Source: Yuukianura sp. NJ FZ-2021
Lineage: Eukaryota
NCBI GenBank assembly: GCA_046563655.1
Contig: CM102286.1
Span: 15,494,766 to 15,514,765 of the forward strand
DNA length: 20,000 nt
Direction: 5' to 3'
Shown one piece after another: positions 1-10,177 of this stretch. The position numbers and the translations under genes are program-made. A model generated the notes under the pieces. The model did no database searches, was not told the origin of the DNA, and was given only the letters and a program-made list of their open reading frames with translations. Positions within the stretch are counted from its first letter, which is position 1; every line of letters starts with the position of its first letter.

Positions 1-230
1 AACTTTAATGACCGCCCGCTCCCGCTCTCTCATATGTTAACATAGGAGCGGGCGGAGCGAAGAGCGGCGCTCTTTATCAATTTTTGGGTTCGCTCCGCTC
101 CCGCCCGCTCTTTCAAAAAGTTTCGGGAGACCGCACCGCTCCGCTCTCCGAGCGAAGAGCGGAGCGGTCACCGCTCTTCTAAAGAGCAATCGCTCTCAAA
201 AGAGCGGCGCTCTCTCAATTAGCACCAGTG
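1..230. mobile_element. hAT-type MITE, right part only (left end outside window), inserted in gene copy A
   Basis: Near-identical to 14848-15077. Ends in the TIR ...GAGCGGCGCTCTCTCAATTAGCACCAGTG at 230, after which gene sequence (cttcgaagtcaaatgc) resumes. Dense GAGCG/CGCTC motifs. Confidence 0.9.
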
Positions 231-1443
231 CTTCGAAGTCAAATGCTGTTTTCAAGTGTAGTGTTTCCAGGGGAGAATTGGCCATGCCATGAAAAAAGTA
301 TCGAAGCCATTTCGCAGTTGGGTACTTCATGGTGAGTCGTTTCAAGGCGGGAAACATTTTATCCATGTTCAGCATAAAAAATTGATCCTGAACGAAATCA
401 GGAAGCCTGAGGTCACGAACGAACTTGACTTCGTGCAGTTCGGAGTTAAATGCTTCAGGAGACGCTGGAATTTGCATTGTCAGTGTCCAGTTGCTGCGAA
501 TATGAAGTGTCTTTACCTTCGGGACCATCGATGGCTGGATTCTGTCGATATGAATCGAGGTTCCGAGAGAAACTTTTCAGAGTTGGAATTGCAGAAAATG
601 AAATTTCTATTTGAGTCGTTCCTATTTTGTCCAAGGAGATGACCTGGTCATCTTGTACATTCTGTGCGGCATTTCCCCCGGCTGAGTCGTCGTCGCTGTA
701 ACTACCGCAGCCTTCATAGTCGTCTGATTCGACGATTCCTTCAGTTTCTTTGACTTCATACACGCTTCCAATTCCCATGTGAAGAGTCCTCAGTTGAGTC
801 ATCTTCGGGACATGATGTTTGAGTTGATTGTCGGCGGCCATGTCCACTCCTTGCCAGTTGCCGGCAATCGTGAAGTGTCGGAGAGTTGGGGCGAATTTTG
901 GCAAGAGAGTAGTCAGATCCATAGCCTTCACGTCGTCCCATATCCCGCAGTTCAATTTTAAACTTGCTAATGCTGCAAGATTCAAATTGGCAATCGACAG
1001 ACTTTGTTTGCGATGCAGTGCAAGTTCTTCCTCAGCATCATCCTCGTTCGACTCGATTTTCTGAATACTCAAGAGTTTCAGATTTTTCAAATTCGAAGAA
1101 GAATTGATTCCATTGAGGAGCTGATCAAGTTCTTGAAGACTTGAGTAAGTGTAGACCAAATAGCTGAGCGTTTTCGGCAAGCTGGCCAGCAAGCAACTGA
1201 GGTTTGTGGTGTTCTTCAGAAAATTATTGTTTCCATTAAGCACAACTTTCACAAGCTTGGTACGTGCAGGGAAAGTGAATTTTGAGCTAGACTTCTCCGC
1301 TTCAACGTTTTTGTCACGTGACTCTGGAATCACCAACACTTCCAATTCCTTCAGCCGGTTCGCAATCTCCTTCAAGATTTGGCAGTTGATTGCTTCTACG
1401 TTGATTGTCTTGATTTTTTGTCGATTAGTATCGCAGAAGCGAA
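231..1443 (-). pseudogene. LRR-like family copy A (central exon-2 part; 5' truncated, 2-bp frameshift near 571, MITE-interrupted)
   Basis: ORFs 455..1516 and 196..528 match the other copies (LKELEVLVI, NLKNLKLLSI, APTLRHFTI, FPALKRLTM). Homology stops at ~1443 (cgcagaagcgaat|gatttc vs ...aat|aaatcggg). Confidence 0.85.
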
Positions 1444-2330
1444 TGATTTCATGTAATGCTTTAGCTTTTAAAAGTGACATTAAGCTTGTGACTTGAGAAA
1501 TTAAAACATTTTCCACTTTTCCACACTAATTGAGAACGTTATCCCCTTGAGAAGTCCTGTGTTTAGGTTCATCTCTTGTTTTCATCTTCACAAACAGGAA
1601 AAAATAACATCGATTTACCTATTTTTTTTATATGAATAACGTGCCTACCATTTTTTAATTAATTCAAATTTACAAAACTAGTCTAAATGTAAACAAAAAA
1701 GTGTGAAACTGTAAAAGGAAATGTGGATTTTAGTGAAGCAATACCGACAGTGATGCAATAAGCGTGTGAATTTGTAGACGTGGCTTGTGGTTTTACAAGT
1801 AGCACTGACAAAATATAAAGTTTAGTAATAAGATACTATGTATAACTTTTCTGAACATCCAAAATATCAAAACTCTAAAATGCGTTTTAAACTTTCTTAT
1901 AAGCTATTGTTAAAATCCTTTAAAAATAGTAAAATTACAATAAGTCTTATATTTGAATTGTACTAAAAATAGTACCTACTTTTTAATTGATTTGTGAGTG
2001 TAAGTTGCTAAATATTGGCGGAGTTAAAAGTGTCTTATGTGCGTTCTTGCAATTAGTTTAGGTTAGGTGTTGCACAAAACCTTTGCGGTTTTAAAAGCAC
2101 ACGAAACCGACTTCCTTAAGATTTGACTTTATATCATTGGCTTACCGCAGTTTAATTAAGGTTTACGATTGGCCTAATTTGTAAATTGAGGTATAATGAT
2201 GATTAATGCAAAAGTTAAAAGTTGAGTTAGTATTGAATTCAGTTCTCCACAAAAAGCTTTTACTTTAACATATTTTACTGACCTAGAATTTAACTTAACA
2301 CATTGAAGGTGCGAATTAGTTCATCTAAAG

Positions 2331-3328
2331 ATGAGCATTTACTTGATTTGTCTAGGCGTCATTGCCTTCTGCGTCCTACAAGCAGCAACTTCCCACACTG
2401 CTGCTGATCCTGAGCAACACGCCGTGGTGGAGGGTGAACACCACTCTCCGCACGGTGGTAACGGTCATCACGGTGGTAACGGTCATCACGATGGCAACGG
2501 TCACCACGGCAGCAACGGTCGCCATGGTGGTTACAAACGTGGCCATCATAAAGGCAACCGAGACGGATCGGATGAGGAGCATGACGACGAACATAAAAAA
2601 AAGAAGAGCTGTACATGCCTAGAAACCAAGGAAAGCGACTCTGAAAGCCAAGAAGAGGACAGAGTGAGGAGATTTGTGCTGCGACAGCATGGGCACAGGC
2701 GACGTCCCTTCCAGCTTTACCACCGTCGTCGTCCCCAACACGGACATGAGCACGAACGTCACCATAAGTGCGCATGCCCAGAACCTCGGCTGGAAAAGGA
2801 GCAGGCGGAAGTGAAGAAAGTGGAGAAAGAAGCCAAACTAGACGCTGATTCTTCATCCAGCAGCGAAAGTGACGACAGTTCGAGTTCATCCGAAAGCAGT
2901 AGCGACGAAAGCGGGAATTCCAAGAACAAGTGTTCTGGCAGCGACAGTGACGAAAGCAGTAGCAGCGAGGAGGGTGACAAAAGCATTGAATCAAAAGCCC
3001 ACAAGAAAGGTGACGCTGAACACGAGAAAAAAGCTGACGCTGAAGCTGAGGAAAAAGCTTGCACCGTTGCAGAGAAAAACGCTGATGCTGATGCTCAGAA
3101 AAAAGGTGACACTGAAACTGAGAAAAAGGAGACGCTGAAGCTGAGAAAATAGCTGACGCTGAAAAAGCTCCTGAGGCTGAAGCTGACAAGGAACCTGCTG
3201 AAGGAGCAGTCGGAGCTCCGCCAGCACATGCCGATGCTGCTCCACCACATGCAGATGCTGTTCCACTACATGCCGAACCTGCTCCAGTAGCCAAGGAAGT
3301 TGTCACTACTGATGTGAAAGAGGTTTAA
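2331..3328 (+). CDS. Secreted His/Gly-rich, Ser-rich, Lys/Glu/Ala-rich low-complexity protein (~332 aa if one A is restored in the run at 3123-3127)
   Basis: Hydrophobic N-terminus MSIYLICLGVIAFCVLQAATS (signal-peptide-like), GGNGHH repeats, poly-Ser tracts, EKKADAEA repeats. The repeat pattern continues in the shifted frame (GDAEAEKIADAEKAPEAEADKEP...VVTTDVKEV*) to TAA at 3326-3328. Confidence 0.75.
2451..2531 (+). repeat. 18-bp coding tandem repeat (HGGNGH) x ~4.5
   Basis: cacggtggtaacggtcat twice, then cacgatggcaacggtcac, cacggcagcaacggtcgc, catggtggt. Confidence 0.9.
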
Positions 3329-4193
3329 ATTAACATTAAAAAAAATTTTCACAAATTACCACTGATATTTTGTGCGTGTATTGAATTTTATTGGATTGAA
3401 TTAATTGAAAATACTGAACATGATACGGTCAAAATTGTAGATTTTCTATGCGAAACTTCAAATTCTATTGATCAATTAAACTGTTTTCTAAAAACTATGC
3501 TGGAAAAGGGAAAACTATCTTCAAATTCCCACAAATTTAATGTTTATACGTTACTTTCTCATACCCTTACACTTGTTTTGAATCATCACGTTAGGTTTGA
3601 CCAAGGCTCCTGGTTGACCCTTATGGCTGCTGTTTGACCTCATGTCTAACTGCGTCCTCGCTTCTTGGCTTGACGTCGACGTGGCCGTCAGTGGGCTTCT
3701 CCTTCTTGACTTTCTTGATTTGTCTGTCCCTGGCAAAGTTGCGTTTAACCCTCTTCTTACGGCTGAATTCAGCCACAGTACTGCCAGCATCTTCAAAGGC
3801 ATCTCTGGCCTTGCGCTTCCCCTCCTCACTCCTGGATCTTTCTGTTCCCAATTTAAAATACCGATTCCAGAACTTGTCGTCAAACGGGTACATCCAGAAT
3901 CCGATTCTGCAATGTTGATCAAATGTTTGTTGTGGATGTTTGTGTGAATTTTTGTTATTTAACGGAATTTTGACCGGTTTCTTGCCGAACCATTCCAGGG
4001 TCATATTCTTGAGCCCTGTCAAATGCTCAATGCCATATTCCCGTCTCTGCAGAATGTCATCATCGATGGTCAACTCTGCCCATATGGGAAGTTCAATTAA
4101 TTTGTCACGAATGAATTCCTCAAAAACGTCTTGGTTTTGAGCGTTTTTTAATTCCAGGAGTTTAGTGAGACTGTAGTCGTCTTCGATTAGTGG

Positions 4194-4537
4194 CAAAGAA
4201 AAAAGCATCCTAGTTGAAGCGACAAAGGGTAAGAAACACTGTTAATGAAAACTTTCTCTTCCCCCCTCTCCCTCCCCGCGATTTGGAGGAATGGAATTTG
4301 AGTTCTTGGGTGGTCGCTGGTATAGCTTAGGCGTAATGTGGAGTGATTTTGCTTCCCGCCGTCACCTGATATATGGTGATATACGGAGGCCGATTCTGAC
4401 GCTTCGATTGGCTGTTGAGGCCGATTCTGACAGCCTGATTGGTTCTATATCTAAACCTACTTATAAAAACTCTATTACGCGGGAGTACATTACCTTGTCC
4501 CTTCAACCTGCGTAGCAGGCCGATGCTTTCTTCTTTG
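4194..4537. mobile_element. 344-bp non-autonomous TIR DNA transposon with 9-bp TSD (Mutator-like by TSD length)
   Basis: TSD GATTAGTGG at 4185-4193 and 4538-4546. 16-bp TIRs CAAAGAAAAAAGCATC / GATGCTTTCTTCTTTG (15/16). Subterminal inverted match gttgaagcgacaaagggtaa / ttaccttgtcccttcaac. Empty sites in paralogs near 11218 and 14516. Confidence 0.88.
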
Positions 4538-6010
4538 GATTAGTGGAAGGTATCGTTGAGAAAACAGCATCTACCAGCATCCCTTTGAAGTCAAACGCGG
4601 TTTTCAAGTGTAGTGCTTCCAGGGGAGAATTGGCCATGCCATCAAAAAAGTATCGAAGACATTTCGCAGTTGGGTACTTCATGGTGAGTCGTTTCAAGGC
4701 GGGAAACATTTACGAATGTTAAGCATAAAGAATTGGTCTTTAATGAAATCAGTTTGACGGAGGTCACGAACGAACTTGAATTTGTGAAATTCGGAGTTAA
4801 AGGCTTAGGGCGACGTTGGGATTTGCATTGTCACTGTCCAGTTGCTGCGAATATGAAGAGTCGTTAACTTCGGGAACATGGATCGCTGGATCCTGTCGAT
4901 ATGAATTGAGGTTCCGAGAAACAAAGTTTTCACAGTTGGAATTGGAGAAAATGAAATTTCTATTTCAGTCGTTCCTATTTTGTCCAAGGAAATGACCTGG
5001 CCATCTTGTACATTTTGTATACCATGTCCCCCGGCTGAGTTGTCGTCGCTGTAACTACCGCTGTCGTATTCATAGTCGTCAGATTCGACGAATCCTTCAG
5101 TTTCTTAGACTTCATACACGCTTCCATTTCCTATGTGAAAACTCCTCAGTTGTGCCATCTTCGGGACATAAAATTTGACTTGGTTGTAGGCCATGTCCAC
5201 TCCTTTCCAGTTTCCGGAAATCGTGAAGTGTCGGAGAGTTGAAGCAAATTTTGACAAGTGCGATGTCAGACACATTGCCTTCACCTCCTCCCATATCCCG
5301 CAGTTTAATTTTAAACTTGCTAATGCTGCAAGATGCAAATGGGCAATTGACTGGATTTGTTTCCGATGCAGTGCAAGTTCTTCTTCGTCGTCATCATCGT
5401 TCGACTCGATTTTCTGAATACTCAAAAGTTTCAGATTTTACAATTTCGGAGAAGAATTGATTCCATTGAGGAGCTGGTCGACTTCTTGGCGACTTGAATA
5501 AATGTAGACCAAATGATTCACCGTTTTCGGCAGGCTAGCCAACAAGCAACTGAGGTTTGTTGCTTTCTTTAGAAAATTATTGGTTCCGTTAAGCACAACT
5601 TTCACAAGCTTCGTACGTGCAGGGAAAGTGAATTTTGAGCTAGCGTTCTCCTCCGCTTCCTCTTCTTGGTCACGTGACTCTGGAATCACTAAGACCTCCA
5701 ATTCCTTCAGGCGGGTCGCAATCTCCTTCAAGATTTGCCAGTTGCTTGCTTCTACGTTGATTGTCTTGATTTTTTGTCGATTAGCACCGCAGCTTATAAA
5801 TCGGGGCAGGTGAATCGGTCTCGATCCAGGAAAACGAACTTTAGTGACCTTGGAGCCAAGTTTTCGGTTACGATTTCCGTTGAAAAACGAAGTAAGGCTG
5901 CGAATGACTTTGACCGAGCCCTTCTGTTCCGCTTTCGCTTTTTCCTTTCGTTCACCGTCTTCGTCATCACTATCCTGTAAGTAACAGAACATTTCATTTT
6001 CCACAATCAG

Positions 6011-6106
6011 CTGACCTAACCTAACCTAACCTAACCTGTCAAATACAAGCGTTGTATTGCATTAGTTTTTCCTACCTTACGCATATATTGTACATATTGA
6101 TATTAC
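6011..6106 (-). other. Spliceosomal intron of the LRR-like family (conserved position in copies B, C, D, F, G)
   Basis: Donor GAG|GTAAT(A/G), branch-like CTAAT, acceptor CAG|CTGATTGTG. 73 nt in copy F (12723-12795), 119 nt in copy G (16356-16474). Splicing keeps the frame. Confidence 0.8.
6015..6037 (-). repeat. Interstitial telomere-like tract (CCTAA)4CCT
   Basis: Replaces 'gg' of cagctg-gg-tcac seen at the same site in copies F, G and H. Confidence 0.9.
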
Positions 6107-6361
6107 CTCAGGCGAAATTGTTTTCGTTATAGAGCTGCGGGTGAAACGTCGCGGTCCAGTGTGTACCGAGGTGCGGGAATCCTGCTGCGATGGACCCTGG
6201 TCACGGCCGGGTTCATCAGCATCGCCAGACAAGTCTACAGCTTCTACAACGGTTTCCGGTTTTTGTTCCTGCTCCAGTAGTACAACGTCGTCGTCATCGC
6301 TGGTATCTGCTTGGCGAACGTTGTCAGTATACGAAGACGTCCCCGCTGCCGGTCGTGCCAT

Positions 6362-6685
6362 TGTGCTGAATGCTGATGGAACGGAAGCTCTAGTAACAGG
6401 AAGTCGGTGTTCCAACAAAAACAAACAAAAGCGGCATGGTAGAAAATGCAAAGCAAAGGCAATTGCAATAATCTGGGGTTACAAAATTTCATGAGTCGGA
6501 GGGCCAATTGCCATTTCATGTTTCATATTGTCAATTTTTATCCCCATTAACTGTTCAAGTTTTGCATTTCTCGAATGGCATAGTTTTCTACTTTATACAC
6601 GTCGTAACTTGCAGGGTCAGGAACTTACGACATTGTGACTGACGTTTCAAGTTTATGACTGGCGTTTTATTAACGCTTTATGACT
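6362..6685 (-). promoter_or_regulatory. Conserved 5' flank (5'UTR/promoter) of the LRR-like family
   Basis: Alignable upstream of the ATG in copies D (10178-10350), F (13062-13258), G (16736-17040) and H (19373-19526, resuming at 19984), e.g. gagtcggagggccaattgccatttcatgtt. Regulatory role is inferred from position only. Confidence 0.5.
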
Positions 6686-7297
6686 TTTTTATTTTAACTA
6701 AAAAGGAATTTTGAGTTTTTGAAAAAAGGGAAAAAGTAGTGTAATAAGATCAAGAATAAACACGAATACAGGACTACGAGAAATCGTTCTCGATCAATGA
6801 AATTCAGAGTACTTTAAGTGTGCCAATTAACCAATTGATTACTTTTAATGAAAACTTAATTCAATTTTGTGCTTCCCGTGCAAATATTGTACTTACAATG
6901 AAACTAATTGATTGAATTTAATTGAAAATTGAACATGTCAAGGTCAACATTGCCAATTTATTCGAACCTCCAAATCCTATCGACCAATTAAACTTTTTCT
7001 AAAAACTAAGGTCGAAACTATGTTCACATTAAGACAACTTTAAAATTTTACGATTACGGTAGTATTCTTTCCAGTTGGCCAGAGAAGTTGCATACAGCAT
7101 CTTTAGGTGCATCCACTTCAGGGTGAAACTCAGCACAAAGTTTACAACCAAAAACATCTAAAAAGTCTAAATTTTTCTAAATCGGATCTAAAATTTCAAA
7201 CTACAGAATAAATTTTAAGGCCATTTTCTATGTTCATACGAATGCAGGTTACTTTGTCATAGCCTAACAGTTTTGCGAAATCACGTTAGGTTTGACC

Positions 7298-8358
7298 CTA
7301 AGAAGACTCCTGTGTGACCTCTGCCTTCACCTCGTGTTTAACTTCTTCCTTGATGATTCTGGGCTTGATGTCAGTGGGCTCGTCCTTCACTTCCTTGATT
7401 AGCCTGTCCCTGGCAAAGCCACCTTTGACTTTCTTCTTCCTCTTCTTACTGTTGGACCCAGCAAAACTACTGCCAACATCTACAAATCCAAAATCCCAAG
7501 TACCCTCATCATCACTCGATATTACGTAAGCTGCTCCGCGGTTTTCGTTGTTGATCCCGTATTGCCCGGTATATGTACACGTCTTTTACCACTTGGGATC
7601 ACAAGGAAGCTAGTCAGGCTAGTCAGCAAGCAACTGAGGTTTGTTGCGTTGTTCAGAAAGTTATTGGTTCCGTTTCGCACAACTTTTACAAGCTTCTTCC
7701 GTGCAGGGAAAGTCAATTTTAAGCTAGACTAACCGAACCATCTCCTTCGCTTCATCCTTTTGATCACGTGACTCTGGAATCACCAGAACCTCCCATTTCT
7801 TCAGCCGGGTTGCAGTCTCCTTTAAGATTTGCCAGTTGATTGCTTCTACGTTGATTGTCTTGATTTTTTGTCGGTTAGCATCGCAGAATCTAATACATCG
7901 GGGTAGGTTGATCGGTCTCCATCCAGGAAAATTAACTGTAGTAACGTTGGAGCCAAGTTTTCGCTTACGATTCCCGTTGAAAAACGAACTGAGGCTGTAA
8001 ATGACTTTGACTGAGCCCTTCTGTTCCGCTTTTTCTTTACTTGCATCGTCTTTGTCATCACTATCCTGTAAATAATAGCACATTTACTTTTCCACAATCA
8101 GCTGGTTAGGTCACATACAAGCGTTATATTGCATTAGTTTTTCCCACTTTACGTATACATTGTACACATTGACATTACCTCATGCGAGATCGTTTACGGT
8201 ATATAACTTTAGGTGAAACGTCGCGGTCCATTCTGTACTGCGGTTCGCGAATCCTGCTGTGATGGACTCTGGTCACTAACCGGTTCATCAGCATCGTCGG
8301 ACAAGTCTACAGCTTCTACAGCAGTTTCCGGTTTTTGTTCTTGCTTCAGTATTACAAC
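7298..8358 (-). pseudogene. LRR-like family copy C (start lost; large internal deletion at ~7607 fusing to a divergent C-terminal tail)
   Basis: Partial exon 1, intron and exon-2 start, then a jump from NLSCLLTSL to a tail reading ...KKRKKKVKGGFARDRLIKEVKDEPTDIKPRIIKEEVKHEVKAEVTQESS* (TAG at 7298-7300). Confidence 0.8.
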
Positions 8359-9015
8359 CAGGAGCGGTAACTAGAAAGAGTGGTTGCAAATCTGCTAGAG
8401 CAAATTTGCTTGCTACTCTCGTCTGCGACTTTGACAATTTGGTACTTACAAAACACTTTCTCTCGGTAGCAAAGTTGAGGCACTTTTCTCTAAAATAAGA
8501 AAAAATAAGAAAAAATGTGACAAGAGGAGGAGTTGAGTCTCTTCACTCCTCACAAAAGCTAAAATCTCGAAGTCACAACAAGGGTGAGACTTCTTGGCAC
8601 AATGTTTGGAACAATAAGTGCATATGATAATATGCACTTATACACGTACGATATGGTTATCATGCTGTTACGAACAGTTACGAAGCTGTTACATTTGTTA
8701 ATTGACTTAGTTTTCCTTATACTTAGATTGTTATTGTTAATAATCGTTCAAGTAGCAAGTTTGCTGCTAGTTCCGACTAGCTGCAAAGATATCACGGAAG
8801 TTGCTATGCTAGTGAGAGGAAGAGCTCTTTATAGGTACCGATTGTCCTGCTAGGAAAAAGGATTCAATGGAGAAAGAGAAGGAGGATCGCTAGAGTTGCT
8901 ATCCTCTTGCGATCCTACTTGCTCCCGGTTTCTTGAATACCAAACGTCGCAAAATTTGAATTTGCGACGCGGGAAGGACTTGCGACCGGTCGCAAGTCTT
9001 TATAGTTACTGCTCC
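8359..9015. mobile_element. ~657-bp non-autonomous TIR element (family uncertain)
   Basis: Starts exactly where copy C homology breaks (attacaac|caggagc). GGAGCGGTAACTAGAAAGA (8361-8379) matches the reverse complement of 8997-9015 at 17/19. Hairpins at 8945-8969 and 8977-8998. No right-hand TSD. Confidence 0.6.
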
Positions 9016-9194
9016 AGGGCTGTTATTTTAGGCGCCAAAATTCACTTTGGTGCGCAATTCAGGCAATACTGGTAAAAATGACCCGTTTTTTACGAAAAAT
9101 GCCACGAATGTAATGTATCCTTATGGGAAACGTACTGCGCAGATGGCAGCAACACTGCCAAATTCTGATCAACGTTCATTCATTCCGATATCTT

Positions 9195-10177
9195 AGATTT
9201 CTCAAACTCGAAGAAGAATTGATTCCATTGCGTAGCTAATCAAGTTCTTGAAGACTTGAGTAAGTGTAGACCAAATGGCCCAGCGTTTTCGGCAGGCTCG
9301 CCAGGAAGCAACTGAGGTTTGTGGTGTTCTTCAGAAAATTATTGTTTCCATTAAGCACAACTTTCACAAGTTTGGTACGTGCAGGGAAATTGAATTTTAA
9401 GCTAGCGTTCTCCTCCGCTTCATCGTTTTGGTCACGTGACTCTGGAATCACAAACACTTCCAATTTCCTCAGCCGGGTGGCAATCTCTTCAAGGTTTGAA
9501 AGTTGATTGCTTCTACGTTGATTGTCTTGATTTTGTTTCGATTAGTATCAGAAGCGAATAAATCGGAACAGGTTAATCGGTCTCCATGCAGTGAGGGGCT
9601 AATACACTCCTTCGAGATTTGAAAAAGTGTAGAACAAATGTTCCAGAGTTTTTGGGAGGCTAGCCAGTACGCAACCGAGGTTTGTTGCGTTCTTAAGGTT
9701 AGGCTGTGAACGACGTAAGGCTGTGAATGACTTTGACTGAGCCTTCTGGTCCGCTTTCGTTTTTTCTTTCCTTGCACCACCATCGTCATCAATATCCTGT
9801 AAATAAATTAAAACATTTCATTTGCCACAATCAGCTGGGCCACAATGAGTCACATACAAGCGTTGTATTATATTAGTTTTTCCTACTACCTTGTGCATTA
9901 TATTGTACACATTGATATTACCTCAGGCGTAATTTTTTTCGGTATATAGCTTCGGGTCAAATGTCGCGGTTCAATTTGTACCGAGGTTGGCGAATCCTGC
10001 TGCGATGGACCCTGGTCAGGTTAGAGTTCATCGTCTGACAAGTCTACACTCTAAAGCTTCCACAAAATTCTCTGATTTTCGTTCCTGCCTCAGTATTATA
10101 ACGTCGTCGTCATCGTTGGTATCTCCTTGACGAACGATGTCAGTATCCCAAGACGTTCCTGCTGCCGCTCGTGACAT
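9195..10177 (-). pseudogene. LRR-like family copy D (5' part; internally rearranged; 3' truncated)
   Basis: ATG at 10177 (MSRAAAGTSW), intron, exon 2 to ...SSLQELD*. Foreign paralog patch at ~9600-9695. Confidence 0.8.

Larger units (their letters stand above)
3621..6361 (-). pseudogene. LRR-like family copy B, full length (exon 1 6361-6107, intron 6106-6011, exon 2 6010-3621)
   Basis: ATG at 6361 (MARPAAGTSS). A phase-0 GT-AG intron joins TISPE to LIVENEMF in frame. In-frame TAA at 5438, 5105 and 4805; 1-bp deletion near 4710; 2-bp deletion near 4566; TIR element at 4194-4537; ends EVKQQP*. Confidence 0.85.

Noticed and set aside
2058..2067. (TTAGG)2 in the intergenic region
   Set aside because: No paralogous empty site in the window, so it cannot be shown to be an insertion.
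2191..2244. TATA-like and TCAGTT initiator-like motifs upstream of the His-rich gene
   Set aside because: Spacing is non-canonical, and such motifs are expected by chance in AT-rich DNA.
2359..3306. 315-aa antisense ORF and other overlapping ORFs over the His-rich gene
   Set aside because: Shadow frames of low-complexity, codon-biased sequence. The plus frame has the signal peptide and coherent repeats.
3590..3596. GTTAGGT at 3590, 7285 and 13908 as telomeric filler
   Set aside because: Present at the same position in all three copies, so it is ancestral flank sequence rather than a junction insert.
3621..6361. Calling the family F-box/LRR or giving it a gene symbol
   Set aside because: No convincing F-box motif by eye. 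Only generic LxxLxL repeats are supported.
8276..8281. CTAACC in copy C exon 1 (and TTAGGG near 4805)
   Set aside because: Length is unchanged relative to paralogs, so substitutions can explain it.
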